A DNA stretch of 22,040 nucleotides from Pyrobaculum sp. (GTDB lineage: Archaea; Thermoproteota; Thermoprotei; Thermoproteales; Thermoproteaceae). Both the position numbers and the translations under genes were made by a program. The notes below the pieces were generated by a model that made no database searches, had not been told where the DNA came from, and saw only the letters and a program-made list of their open reading frames with translations. Positions 1 to 7,972 of this stretch are shown here, one piece after another. The DNA is taken from contig JBKBOT010000024.1 of NCBI GenBank assembly GCA_046293555.1, positions 1 through 22,040 on the forward strand. Direction: 5' to 3'. The number at the start of each line of letters is the position of its first letter. Position 1 is the first letter of the stretch.

Positions 1-77
1 TAAAGCCGCGGCGGTATGAAGACCCTGCCGCACCTCTCGCATACAGTGCCTAAAATCTTCCCCTCTTTAAGCCCTCT
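1..77. repeat. Terminal direct repeat, copy 1 (identical to 21964-22040); circular-contig overlap
   Basis: taaagccgcg...taagccctct matches 21964-22040 base for base over 77 nt. Confidence 0.98.
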
Positions 78-206
78 GAGGAACTTCCCCAACGCCTCGC
101 CGGTGGTGTATTCATACCTAGCCTTGCCCACTGCCGGCATCTCGATTACCGGAAATGTCCACGCCTCGTATTTAGTGCCCCCCGGCGACTTGGGCTGCGC
201 CGTCAT
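1..206 (-). CDS. DUF35-type Zn-ribbon/OB-fold protein, 5' part (continues at 21963 down to 21648 across the circular join; 173 aa in total)
   Basis: Not in the ORF track. ATG at 206 overlaps the TGA of the upstream thiolase-fold gene (ATGA). Manual translation: MTAQPKSPGGTKYEAWTFPVIEMPAVGKARYEYTTGEALGKFLRGLKEGKILGTVCERCGRVFIPPRL, continuing into YCSYCFREVDRWVE..., which gives the CxxC...PPRxxCxxC zinc ribbon. Confidence 0.92.
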   Translation of the reverse strand, partial: MTAQPKSPGGTKYEAWTFPVIEMPAVGKARYEYTTGEALGKFLRGLKEGKILGTVCERCGRVFIPPRL

Positions 207-1387
207 ATCCCCATAACTATGACTGTCCCCGCCTGCATGAGGTCTCCCCACGCCTGTGCGAGGCCTGTGTATACCGGCTTCCTCACCTGCCTAGCCCCAG
301 CCTCGCCTCTTACCTGCCAGAATATCTCAGCCACTTTCATCAACCCAGCTGCGGCTATGGGGTTGCCGACGCCCAGCAGACCGCCCGAGGGGTTTATGGG
401 GAGATCTCCATCTCTCTGGGTGACGCCCTCTCTGGTTAATACATGTGCCTCACATTTTTTAGCCAGGCCGAGCCCCTCCATGTGGTGTAGCTCTTTGTAG
501 TCAAAGGGGTCGTAGGGCTCAGCCACGTCGATTTGTTTTCTCGGGTTGTCTATGCCGGCCATGCGGTAGGCCATCTCAGCCGCCCTCCTTACGTATTCCG
601 GGTAGGCCAGGTCGCGGTTAGTCCAGTGGGTTGTGTCTAACGTCCACCCCACCCCCTTGATCCACACGGGGGTGTCTGTAATTCGGCGCGCCTCCTCCTC
701 GCTGGCGAGCACTAACGCCACGGCGCCATCGCTAGTGGGCGATATGTCTAGCAGCTGGACTGGCCACACGAGAACCTCGCTCTTCAGCACCTCCTCCACA
801 GTTATATTGGGCATACATAACTGCGCAGAGGGGTGGCCACAGGCGTTGCGCTTGTTCTTTACGGACACCAGGGCGATATCCTCTTTCTTAACCCCACATT
901 TGTACATATAGCGATGCATCTCCATGGCGAATATCCAGATCAGGTTGGGGTTTAGGGGCTTCTCCACAATGGGGTCCCATATATACCGAAAGACGTATTG
1001 GGTATGCGGCTTAGCTGCGTGGCTCATCTTCTCCTCAGCCACAGCTAACACCCTCTTACAGAGCCCAGAGGCCACATGCCACCACGCGGCAATTGGGACA
1101 AAGACGCCAGTAGCGCCCCCCACGAAGACCCGCACTACGGGCTTCCGCCAGCCCCCCGCGCCGTCTGCAAGATATTCGCCTTTCATGTGGACGCCGTCGA
1201 AGGCGTCCGGGGCACTTCCAATTACCACACAGTCAATGTCTTTTAACGTGAGGCCAGCCCCCTCCAGCGCCTGCCTGGCGGCTAGCCACGCCAGCTCCTG
1301 GGGGGTTTCTAACAGCCTGCTTCTAAATAGCGTCATCCCGGCGCTTACCACTGCCACCCTGTGTTTAAAGTTTATGTTGCGGCTCAT
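203..1387 (-). CDS. Thiolase-fold (SCP-x/Ltp-like) protein lacking the catalytic Cys; probable aldolase-type subunit
   Basis: 394 aa. SPTSDGAVALVLAS and PINPSGGLLG thiolase motifs. VFVGGATG at the nucleophile-Cys site, EPYDPF in place of EVHDAF, GNPIAAAG in place of GHPxGATG. Adjacent to DUF35 genes. Confidence 0.88.
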   Translation of the reverse strand: MSRNINFKHRVAVVSAGMTLFRSRLLETPQELAWLAARQALEGAGLTLKDIDCVVIGSAPDAFDGVHMKGEYLADGAGGWRKPVVRVFVGGATGVFVPIAAWWHVASGLCKRVLAVAEEKMSHAAKPHTQYVFRYIWDPIVEKPLNPNLIWIFAMEMHRYMYKCGVKKEDIALVSVKNKRNACGHPSAQLCMPNITVEEVLKSEVLVWPVQLLDISPTSDGAVALVLASEEEARRITDTPVWIKGVGWTLDTTHWTNRDLAYPEYVRRAAEMAYRMAGIDNPRKQIDVAEPYDPFDYKELHHMEGLGLAKKCEAHVLTREGVTQRDGDLPINPSGGLLGVGNPIAAAGLMKVAEIFWQVRGEAGARQVRKPVYTGLAQAWGDLMQAGTVIVMGI

Positions 1388-2517
1388 AGCCCCAGCACAG
1401 CCACGGTGCTTGTGGTCGTGGGGACGCCCCTCCAGCTGTGTACCACCGCCCTCTCTCTCCTGTCGACAGCGGCCTTCACGTCGCCTCTCATAACGGCCAC
1501 TGCATAGGTTAACCTAGCCAACCCATGCGCCTCCAAGGGCAAGCCCTCCGCAAGGGCGCCGCCGCTTAAGTTCACCGGTAGCCTCCCACCTGGGCAGAAG
1601 GCGCCGTCAAGCAACAACTCCGCCGCCGTGCCTCTTGGGGCGAGTCTTAACGCCTCTATGTGCTGAACCTCCTTAAAGCTATATCTGTTGTCCACCTCGG
1701 CAAACCCAACCTCTTTGGCTGGGTCTGTAATCTTGGCTTGTATATATGCCCCATCAGCCGCCTCTCTGGCATGTATGGGAAACGCCAGGTCGTGAAACTC
1801 AAATGTAGAGGTTTCTGTAACCCACCAGCCCCCTAAAATCCAGACAGGCGTGTCGTTATATTTCTTTGCCACCGCCTCTGAGGCCAACACCACGACGATA
1901 GCCGCATCTACAAACCTCGCTATATCTCTCTCCCTGAGGGGGTCCACATAGATGTCGCCTCTGGACACACCTGGCGACGCGTAGGGAGCTCTGGGGTTTT
2001 TAGACCCGTTTTTATGTGCCTTCTCCACCACTGCGTCTAGATGCTCCTCATTCACGCCGAATTTCTCCATATAAGCCCTAGCCTCCAATGCGGCCAAGGC
2101 GTGGACGTTTTTCAACTCTAGAGGCCTGATGGAGATGGGGTCAGTGGCTAAGTTCATAATCTCGTTGGGCGTAACGATGTCGCTAGGCTTCCCATGTGAC
2201 TCCACCACAACCACGTCGAAAAGCCCACTTCTAATCATCATATATGCTTGACCCACACACTGAAGCCCGTCGCCAGCAACGGTGAACACAGACTTCATGG
2301 CGCCGCCTACGGGATCTGGGGCGAACTCATCCGAGATGGCGACACCCTCCCAGAAATCCTCCTGACAGGAGACAAAGGCATCTACCTCAGACCTGGGATC
2401 TAACCCGCCGGCGTCTTGATACGCCCTCTGCGCAGCCTTAAACATCATCTCTCGAAATGAGTAACTTACCTCAGGCTGGAAACCAAACCAGCCGATACCA
2501 ACAACACCAACCCTCAT
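1384..2517 (-). CDS. Thiolase-fold protein, degenerate partner subunit
   Basis: The ORF track starts at 2547; the likelier start is ATG 2517 (MRVGVVGIG, a typical thiolase N-terminus), with a TATA-like run about 18-25 bp upstream. DAAIVVVLAS and PVNLSGG motifs; AEVDNRYS and EGLPLEAHG at the catalytic loops. Stop overlaps the next ATG. Confidence 0.85.
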   Translation of the reverse strand: MRVGVVGIGWFGFQPEVSYSFREMMFKAAQRAYQDAGGLDPRSEVDAFVSCQEDFWEGVAISDEFAPDPVGGAMKSVFTVAGDGLQCVGQAYMMIRSGLFDVVVVESHGKPSDIVTPNEIMNLATDPISIRPLELKNVHALAALEARAYMEKFGVNEEHLDAVVEKAHKNGSKNPRAPYASPGVSRGDIYVDPLRERDIARFVDAAIVVVLASEAVAKKYNDTPVWILGGWWVTETSTFEFHDLAFPIHAREAADGAYIQAKITDPAKEVGFAEVDNRYSFKEVQHIEALRLAPRGTAAELLLDGAFCPGGRLPVNLSGGALAEGLPLEAHGLARLTYAVAVMRGDVKAAVDRRERAVVHSWRGVPTTTSTVAVLGL

Positions 2518-2534
2518 GACATACAAAAAACCTC

Positions 2535-2552
2535 TATATATATTCATTATCT
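2535..2552 (-). promoter_or_regulatory. Putative archaeal BRE/TATA promoter of the thiolase-thiolase-DUF35-DUF35-ACAD operon
   Basis: Minus strand AGATAATGAATATATATA ends about 18 bp before ATG 2517, a leaderless-type spacing. Confidence 0.5.
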
Positions 2553-2694
2553 GTCGTTTTAATTAGCCGTATTGTCTGGCCTTGGTACTATATTTTATAC
2601 ATCACTTAAAGATAATTTAACTCCTCTTTCTTTTGGTTTAGTAGTAATACAGAGATCAGTTAAATGCCTCCCCGGCTCTCTTTCGGCCTGTTCT

Positions 2695-3852
2695 TCAATC
2701 AAAAGGTCTTGCTGCCTGGCGGCGGTCTAGAGTTTTGTAGAGTATGTGCCTTATGGCCTCTATGGTGCCGCCACCGATTTCTAAAGCCTTGGCGTCTCTG
2801 TAGAACATTTCTGATTTGCTTTCTTTGCTGTAGCCATATCCGCCTAGCATCTGTACTGCCTTTCTTGTCACCTCTACTGCTAGCCTAGCTGTCTGTAGCT
2901 TGGCCACATGCGCCATTGTGATAAACTCCTCTCTACGCCCCACGTCAAATAGATATGCCGCATAATACGCGAGAGCCCTCATGGTCTCTATAGCTGCATA
3001 CATCTCGGCAAGTTCAAACTGGGCATTTTGAAAATCCACAAGCCGCTGCCCAAACAACCTCCTCTGCCTAGCCCAACCCCAAGCCTCCTCAAAAGCCCCC
3101 GTTGCAACACCCAAAGCAACGCCAGAGATAGCCACACGGCCTGCATTCAAGGTCTCAGCTATTACTTCCCACCCGCCATTTACTCTTCCCACCACGTCGT
3201 CGTCGGAGACTGAACACTGGCTAAACTTAACCTCGGCAGTGCCGGTGCCCCGCATGCCCATCACCTCTATGGGCGAAGTCTCCACACAACTGCCCCTCTT
3301 TACTATAAACGCCGTTATGGTCTTGTGTCTTTCCTCTCTTGCCCCAGTCCGGGCGAATACGAGAAAGTAGTCTGCATAAAGGCCGGAGGTTATCCAGGTC
3401 TTTACCCCATCTATCCTCCACTCTCCCCCAACCTTCTCCGCCCTAGTCTCTATGGCGGCTGCATCACTACCACAACAAGGCTCAGAAAGCGCAAAAGCGC
3501 CAACAGCCTCGCCGGTAGCCACCCTAGCCAACACCTCCCCCCTCTGAAACCCGGAGCCGTGTGTGAATAAGCTGTGTGTAAAGACCACGCCGGATATGGC
3601 GGTCAAAAAGCCAAATGCGCCACTTGTTTTTGCCAACTCCTCCACCACCACCACCGCCGTTCTTAAATCTCCATCCCCTCCGCCGTATTTTGAGGGGATT
3701 GTGGGGGCTAGTAGGCCTAGTCTGGCTGCCTCGCGTATTGCCTCTCTGGGGTAGTAATTTTCTCTATCCATCCTCCTGGCGAGGGGCTCCACGACGTTGG
3801 TGGCAAACTCTCCAGCAGACTTCTTAACAAGAAGATGCTCTTGACTCAACAT
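2695..3852 (-). CDS. Acyl-CoA dehydrogenase family protein (ACAD-1; no canonical catalytic Glu)
   Basis: 385 aa. FALSEPCCGSD, GVKTWITSG, MGMRGTGT, QMLGGYGY and YRDAK motifs. C-terminal EIGGGT. Confidence 0.93.
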   Translation of the reverse strand: MLSQEHLLVKKSAGEFATNVVEPLARRMDRENYYPREAIREAARLGLLAPTIPSKYGGGDGDLRTAVVVVEELAKTSGAFGFLTAISGVVFTHSLFTHGSGFQRGEVLARVATGEAVGAFALSEPCCGSDAAAIETRAEKVGGEWRIDGVKTWITSGLYADYFLVFARTGAREERHKTITAFIVKRGSCVETSPIEVMGMRGTGTAEVKFSQCSVSDDDVVGRVNGGWEVIAETLNAGRVAISGVALGVATGAFEEAWGWARQRRLFGQRLVDFQNAQFELAEMYAAIETMRALAYYAAYLFDVGRREEFITMAHVAKLQTARLAVEVTRKAVQMLGGYGYSKESKSEMFYRDAKALEIGGGTIEAIRHILYKTLDRRQAARPFD

Positions 3853-3853
3853 G
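3299..3853. repeat. 555-bp direct repeat, copy A (5' half of ACAD-1)
   Basis: Line-by-line comparison with 20709-21263 (offset 17,410): one mismatch, 3430 a vs 20840 c, synonymous (Val GTT/GTG). Confidence 0.96.
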
Positions 3854-3886
3854 ACAAATTTTTTTTAGTAATATTAATCTTTATAC
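3853..3886. promoter_or_regulatory. 34-bp divergent intergenic region/promoter between ACAD-1 and xdhC
   Basis: AT-rich. Minus strand AAAGATTAATAT lies about 19-31 bp before ATG 3852. The + strand TATA is weaker. Confidence 0.5.
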
Positions 3887-4630
3887 ATGTGTGAGGTTTT
3901 TAAGGCGTTAACCTCAATAGAGAGAGCTGTGGTGGTTAAGCTATATGACAGAAGCGGCAAGGTGTTGGTAGACGTGTATACAGATGGCAAGTTCCTGTTT
4001 GGGGCCATAGGGGGCGAGGAGGCGTTAAGGCTAGCCGAGACTGTATACAAGACGGGGGGCGTGCGTGAGGCCGAGATAGGAGGCCTCAGGGCCGTTGCCG
4101 AGTTTATAGAAGTAGGCCCTTTAATAACTGTCGTGGGGTCTGGGGCCGTGGCTAAGGCGTTGGTGGAGCTGGGCTCCGCGGCTGGCTACCGGATGGCTGT
4201 AGTGTCGCCAGAGGGCGAGGAGTTTCCCAAAGCAGTCCTCACTTCAAGAGACCTCAAAGACTTGGAAAAGCTGGTGGGGGAGGGCTCCGTGGTGGTGGTA
4301 GCCACGGGGGGCAAGCCTTATGAAGCCGACGTGTTGTATCTAGCCTTAACGAGGGGGGCTAAATACGTGGGGCTTCTGGCGAGCCAGAGGCGGGCCGCCG
4401 CCATGGTGGCCGAGCTTGTGAGGAGGGGACTTGGCTTGAGGTATGTTTTACAAAAGCTTAGATCTCCCGTGGGGCTGGACATCGGTGCTAAGACAGCTGG
4501 AGAGATTGCGATTAGCATACTTGCAGAGGTGACAATGGCGTTACGATCTGGCACCGGCAAGCCACTTAGAGAAGTAAAAAGCCCGGAGCTATATCTAGAA
4601 AAAGAGGTGAGTTTGTCTTCTTGTAGCTAG
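3887..4630 (+). CDS. xdhC: XdhC/CoxI family molybdenum-cofactor maturation chaperone
   Basis: 247 aa. VVGSGAVA Rossmann-like motif, YVGLLASQRRA, LRSPVGLDIGAKTAGEIAISILAEV. A Mo-hydroxylase is encoded in the same cluster. Confidence 0.9.
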   Translation: MCEVFKALTSIERAVVVKLYDRSGKVLVDVYTDGKFLFGAIGGEEALRLAETVYKTGGVREAEIGGLRAVAEFIEVGPLITVVGSGAVAKALVELGSAAGYRMAVVSPEGEEFPKAVLTSRDLKDLEKLVGEGSVVVVATGGKPYEADVLYLALTRGAKYVGLLASQRRAAAMVAELVRRGLGLRYVLQKLRSPVGLDIGAKTAGEIAISILAEVTMALRSGTGKPLREVKSPELYLEKEVSLSSCS

Positions 4631-5883
4631 GCTAGATATAGCTTACGTAGTTTTTTATAAAACGCAACTCTTGAATTGACGTAATTTAATAGCTCCTCCT
4701 CAGACACCGGCTGGCCCGTCTTGACGTATGCCACCGGGATTTCTCCATATTCTGGATGCGGCTCGCCTACCACCCTGGCGTTAACCACCGCCGGGTGTCC
4801 TTTGAGAATTTCCTCTAGGTCTCTTGGAAATATGGGATACCCCTTGTACTTTATCATACGTTTTTTAACTCCCCTAAAGTAAAGCGCCCCCTCTCTCATC
4901 TCCATCAAATCGCCTGTCTTTAGCCACCCCCCTTCAAAAGCCTTTCTTGTCTCCTCCGGCTCTTTATATCCCACCATATTCCAGGGGGATTTTACCAAAA
5001 GCTCTCCGTCTTGGGCGAGTTTTACCTCTACTAGGGGAAGCGGGATGCCTATAGAGCCGCGGCCGTGGAGCTGGGGTGGCTCAAAGGTGACCACAAGCCC
5101 CTCCGTCAGTCCATATATCTGTAGTATCTTTACCCCGGTCCTTTTCTCAAACTCGTTTTTTGCCTCGGGGGGGAGTGGTGCCCCTCCAGAAATCGCAAAC
5201 TTAGCCCCCAGCCTATCCACACCCATCTTCAGTAGCTCTATATAGAAAGCGGGGGCGCCTACTATCACCGTGGCCTCTTTTAGCTGTTCTAACACCTTTT
5301 CCTCTAGCCTCTTCATTAGGTATATAGACGCGCCTGCGGCCAGCGAGGCGAAGGCCGTGGATAGGCCCAACACGTGGGTGATGGGGGCAGATATGTAGAC
5401 GACGTCCTCTGGCCTAAGTCGCATGGCGAGAGCCATCGATTGTGCACATATCCAAAGTGAGGTGACGTTATGGATTACCTGCATAGTGCGTCCCACCACG
5501 CCGGCATAATACATCACAAATTGCCCTTCGGCAGTATATCTACCGTTCTCTACAAGTTTTTCATCTATATATCTATATTTACTTAATATGTTAATATTAT
5601 TTTTTATAAACTCTCCGTCTCCCACAACAATTTCTGGGCTGAAGTCCTCTATTATGTACTTTAAATCTTCTGAAACCGTCAGCGGATCTACTATAGCCAC
5701 TACGCCACCTCCATGTAATAGGCCTAGGAGCGTGGTAAAGGCCCCTACAGAATTTCTAGCGGCAAATAACACCCTCCCGCCGTATGTCTTCTCTAGTGCC
5801 TTTTCTAACAACTGGCCATAGGTAATACACTCGTAGTCACATAAGGCGGTTTTTTCAGGCGTTATTCTCGACCAGTAGATCAT
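4627..5883 (-). CDS. AMP-binding (ANL) acyl-CoA ligase-like protein with degenerate P-loop and no A10 lysine motif
   Basis: Likely start ATG 5883 (ATGA overlap with the livF stop); 418 aa. SGGAPL, YGLTE, GWLKTGD and HPAV...VVGEPHPEYGE retained. YYAGVVGRTM at the YTSGTTGxPK site. Confidence 0.82.
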   Translation of the reverse strand: MIYWSRITPEKTALCDYECITYGQLLEKALEKTYGGRVLFAARNSVGAFTTLLGLLHGGGVVAIVDPLTVSEDLKYIIEDFSPEIVVGDGEFIKNNINILSKYRYIDEKLVENGRYTAEGQFVMYYAGVVGRTMQVIHNVTSLWICAQSMALAMRLRPEDVVYISAPITHVLGLSTAFASLAAGASIYLMKRLEEKVLEQLKEATVIVGAPAFYIELLKMGVDRLGAKFAISGGAPLPPEAKNEFEKRTGVKILQIYGLTEGLVVTFEPPQLHGRGSIGIPLPLVEVKLAQDGELLVKSPWNMVGYKEPEETRKAFEGGWLKTGDLMEMREGALYFRGVKKRMIKYKGYPIFPRDLEEILKGHPAVVNARVVGEPHPEYGEIPVAYVKTGQPVSEEELLNYVNSRVAFYKKLRKLYLA

Positions 5884-6659
5884 AGATATCTCTTTTTCCT
5901 CTTCCAATACTTTACATCTCTATAGGTGCCTCCCTTAAGTCCTAGGTAAAACTCTTTTACGTCCGGGTTTTCTAAAAGCTGGTCTGAGGGGCCGTCTAAT
6001 ACTATTCTCCCATTTTCTAAAATATAGCCATATTGCGAGATCTTTAATGACATGTATACATTTTGTTCTGCAAGAAGTATTGTAATTTTTTCATTTTCGT
6101 TAATTGACTTAACTATAGAGAATAACTCCTCTACGACCTTGGGGGCTAGTCCAAGAGAAGGTTCGTCGAGAAGCATAAGCCTTGGCCTTAGCACCAACGC
6201 CATTGCTATTACTAACATCTGTTGTTCGCCTCCAGACAGATAGCCAGCTCTTGTTTTTTGCCTCTCTTTCAGCCTAGGGAAGTATTGCAAGGCGATATCT
6301 ACGTCAGGCCTTGACCCCAGTCTCTCAGCTTGTCTCTCTGCCAGCGCCAAATGTTCAGAGACGGTAAGCTCTTCAAATATACGCCTCCCTTCTAACACAT
6401 GGACTATGCCCAGCTTAGCTATTTCTTCTGGACTTTTTTTCACCAGATCTATCTCATTATACGTAATGCTGCCTCTAGTTACCTCACCACGCTCAGTCTT
6501 AGCTATTCCACTTATGGCTTTAAGCGTAGTGGACTTCCCCGCGCCGTTGGGGCCCATTAGGGCCACTGTCGAGCCTGGGGGCACTTTAAGAGAGACAGAT
6601 CTAACGCCTAGAATAAACCTGTCGTATATAACCTGTAGGTTGTCAACAATTAGCGTCAT
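5880..6659 (-). CDS. livF: LIV-type (HAAT) ABC transporter ATPase, LivF-like
   Basis: GPNGAGKST, EGRRIF, LSGGEQQM, LLDEPSLGLAP, AEQN. Basic C-terminal tail YRDVKYWKRKKRYL. Confidence 0.93.
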   Translation of the reverse strand: MTLIVDNLQVIYDRFILGVRSVSLKVPPGSTVALMGPNGAGKSTTLKAISGIAKTERGEVTRGSITYNEIDLVKKSPEEIAKLGIVHVLEGRRIFEELTVSEHLALAERQAERLGSRPDVDIALQYFPRLKERQKTRAGYLSGGEQQMLVIAMALVLRPRLMLLDEPSLGLAPKVVEELFSIVKSINENEKITILLAEQNVYMSLKISQYGYILENGRIVLDGPSDQLLENPDVKEFYLGLKGGTYRDVKYWKRKKRYL

Positions 6660-7972
6660 TAACCTACTGGCTTTATCTCTAGCCCATAATAGTCCCAGCT
6701 AGGTCTTTCAATAGTAATAGTAGCCACTTTTTCCCACGTCCCATCTGGCTTCATAACATATACCCAGACCTCCATGGTGGGCCTGTGGTCGCCTGGCTTA
6801 AATTCGACAGATGCGGCATAGGGGACATTGATGGGGCCCATGGTCTCTAGGGCCTCCTTTATAGCTGGCCCTGAAACATCCTTACCTGTCTTCACCAGTT
6901 GTTCTATGGCTAGTGCCAAAACATAAGCGGCGTGCCAACCTCTTATAGCTGGCTCTTCAGTGGCTTTTACATATTTTAGAAACAGCTGGGCGTCCTTAAT
7001 GCCCTTGTTCGCTAGTGACTTCATTTCGTCGTACATTAAATGGCTTGTTACTCTATATACCCTATTCCCAAGTTTCGAAACTAGGGGGCCTAGAGCGGCG
7101 CCGAGTCTCTCGTTGGCACCCCATACGTTAGTTATCACTATGGCCCTGTCTAGCCCTACTGCATCCATATCTCTTAGTGTCACAATAGTTGGGGCAACAG
7201 TACCCCCTATCCAGATTGCAACGTCGTCACCACATTTGGTCTTTATACGGGTTAACTGTTCTCTTGCACTTACTGCAACTAGTTCCACAATCTCCTCTGC
7301 ACAAATCTCAACTCCTTGTCTTTTTGCCTCAGCCCTAATTGCAGGGAGGGGCTCTAGCCCATAGGGGACGTTGGGATATGTCAATGCAAGCTTAGGCGGG
7401 AGGCCTTTATTGGCAAAATATTGTTTAACAAAACGCACTGCGGCAATTGCGGCATCCTGATAAGATACTGCTGTAAAGAAATTATATGGGTTAACTGTAA
7501 GTGTTACTGTGTAACTCCCGCTGAAATATGGTATCTTGTCTTTGTTTATACTTGGTGCCAGTGCTAACGTATCGCCAGTACCCCACCCCATTATTGCCAC
7601 TACGTTTTGTTGTCTAAAAAACTCGTAGGCGGCTTGGGCTTCCGGTATCTTGTAGCCATAGTCTCTTTCAATACAGTTAATTCTAACGCCTAGTTCTTTC
7701 AGCCGTGTAAGTTCTCCGTTATTAATTGCCTCAAATGCGCCTTTCACACCTTGTGACCAAGCAACTCCGACATCAGCAGTGGCACCAGTTAAGTCAAATA
7801 AACAGCCTACATTTACTACAATCTGGCGAGGAGGGGTGGGAGTTACGGTGGGCGTTGTTGGAGGGGGAGTGGTGGGGGTTGGAGTTGTCGCCGGCGGTCC
7901 TGAGAGCTGTAGTACAGCCATAGCGGCTATTACTATTATTATTACCGCTATTAGGACGTATTTTAACGACAT
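6659..7972 (-). CDS. ABC transporter substrate-binding protein (LIVBP-like), membrane-anchored
   Basis: 437 aa. Hydrophobic N-terminal helix, Pro/Thr linker, then DLTGATADVG, DYGYKIPEA and IMGWGTGDT motifs. Located inside the LIV operon. Confidence 0.9.
   Translation of the reverse strand: MSLKYVLIAVIIIVIAAMAVLQLSGPPATTPTPTTPPPTTPTVTPTPPRQIVVNVGCLFDLTGATADVGVAWSQGVKGAFEAINNGELTRLKELGVRINCIERDYGYKIPEAQAAYEFFRQQNVVAIMGWGTGDTLALAPSINKDKIPYFSGSYTVTLTVNPYNFFTAVSYQDAAIAAVRFVKQYFANKGLPPKLALTYPNVPYGLEPLPAIRAEAKRQGVEICAEEIVELVAVSAREQLTRIKTKCGDDVAIWIGGTVAPTIVTLRDMDAVGLDRAIVITNVWGANERLGAALGPLVSKLGNRVYRVTSHLMYDEMKSLANKGIKDAQLFLKYVKATEEPAIRGWHAAYVLALAIEQLVKTGKDVSGPAIKEALETMGPINVPYAASVEFKPGDHRPTMEVWVYVMKPDGTWEKVATITIERPSWDYYGLEIKPVG
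7829..7897 (-). repeat. Low-complexity Pro/Thr linker within the binding protein
   Basis: PPATTPTPTTPPPTTPTVTPTPP, aa 26-48. Confidence 0.8.

Noticed and set aside
1-77. Terminal repeat as attL/attR or viral terminal repeat
   Set aside because: It lies mid-gene with the frame intact, equals a common assembler k-mer length, and no integrase, tRNA or viral gene is present.
219-1493. Antisense and alternate-frame ORFs (219-500, 633-911, 924-1493, and similar ones at 6960, 8058, 8619, 9005, 14631-15709, 19196-19713)
   Set aside because: They are shadows of well-supported genes and carry no recognisable motifs.
3325-3827. Small + strand ORFs duplicated at 20735-21237
   Set aside because: They are by-products of the 555-bp ACAD repeat, not independent genes.
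3299-3853. DGR template/variable repeat or IS-derived repeat
   Set aside because: There is only one synonymous mismatch, no adenine-biased variation, and no reverse transcriptase, transposase or terminal inverted repeats.
5884-5907. N-terminal extensions MEEEKEIS (ligase-like gene) and MNIYRGFLYV (2518-2547)
   Set aside because: The first lies inside livF and the second spans the TATA box; the downstream ATGs fit better.
7829-7897. G-rich repetitive tract as CRISPR or non-coding repeat
   Set aside because: It encodes the Pro/Thr linker typical of membrane-anchored archaeal binding proteins; there is no repeat-spacer periodicity.
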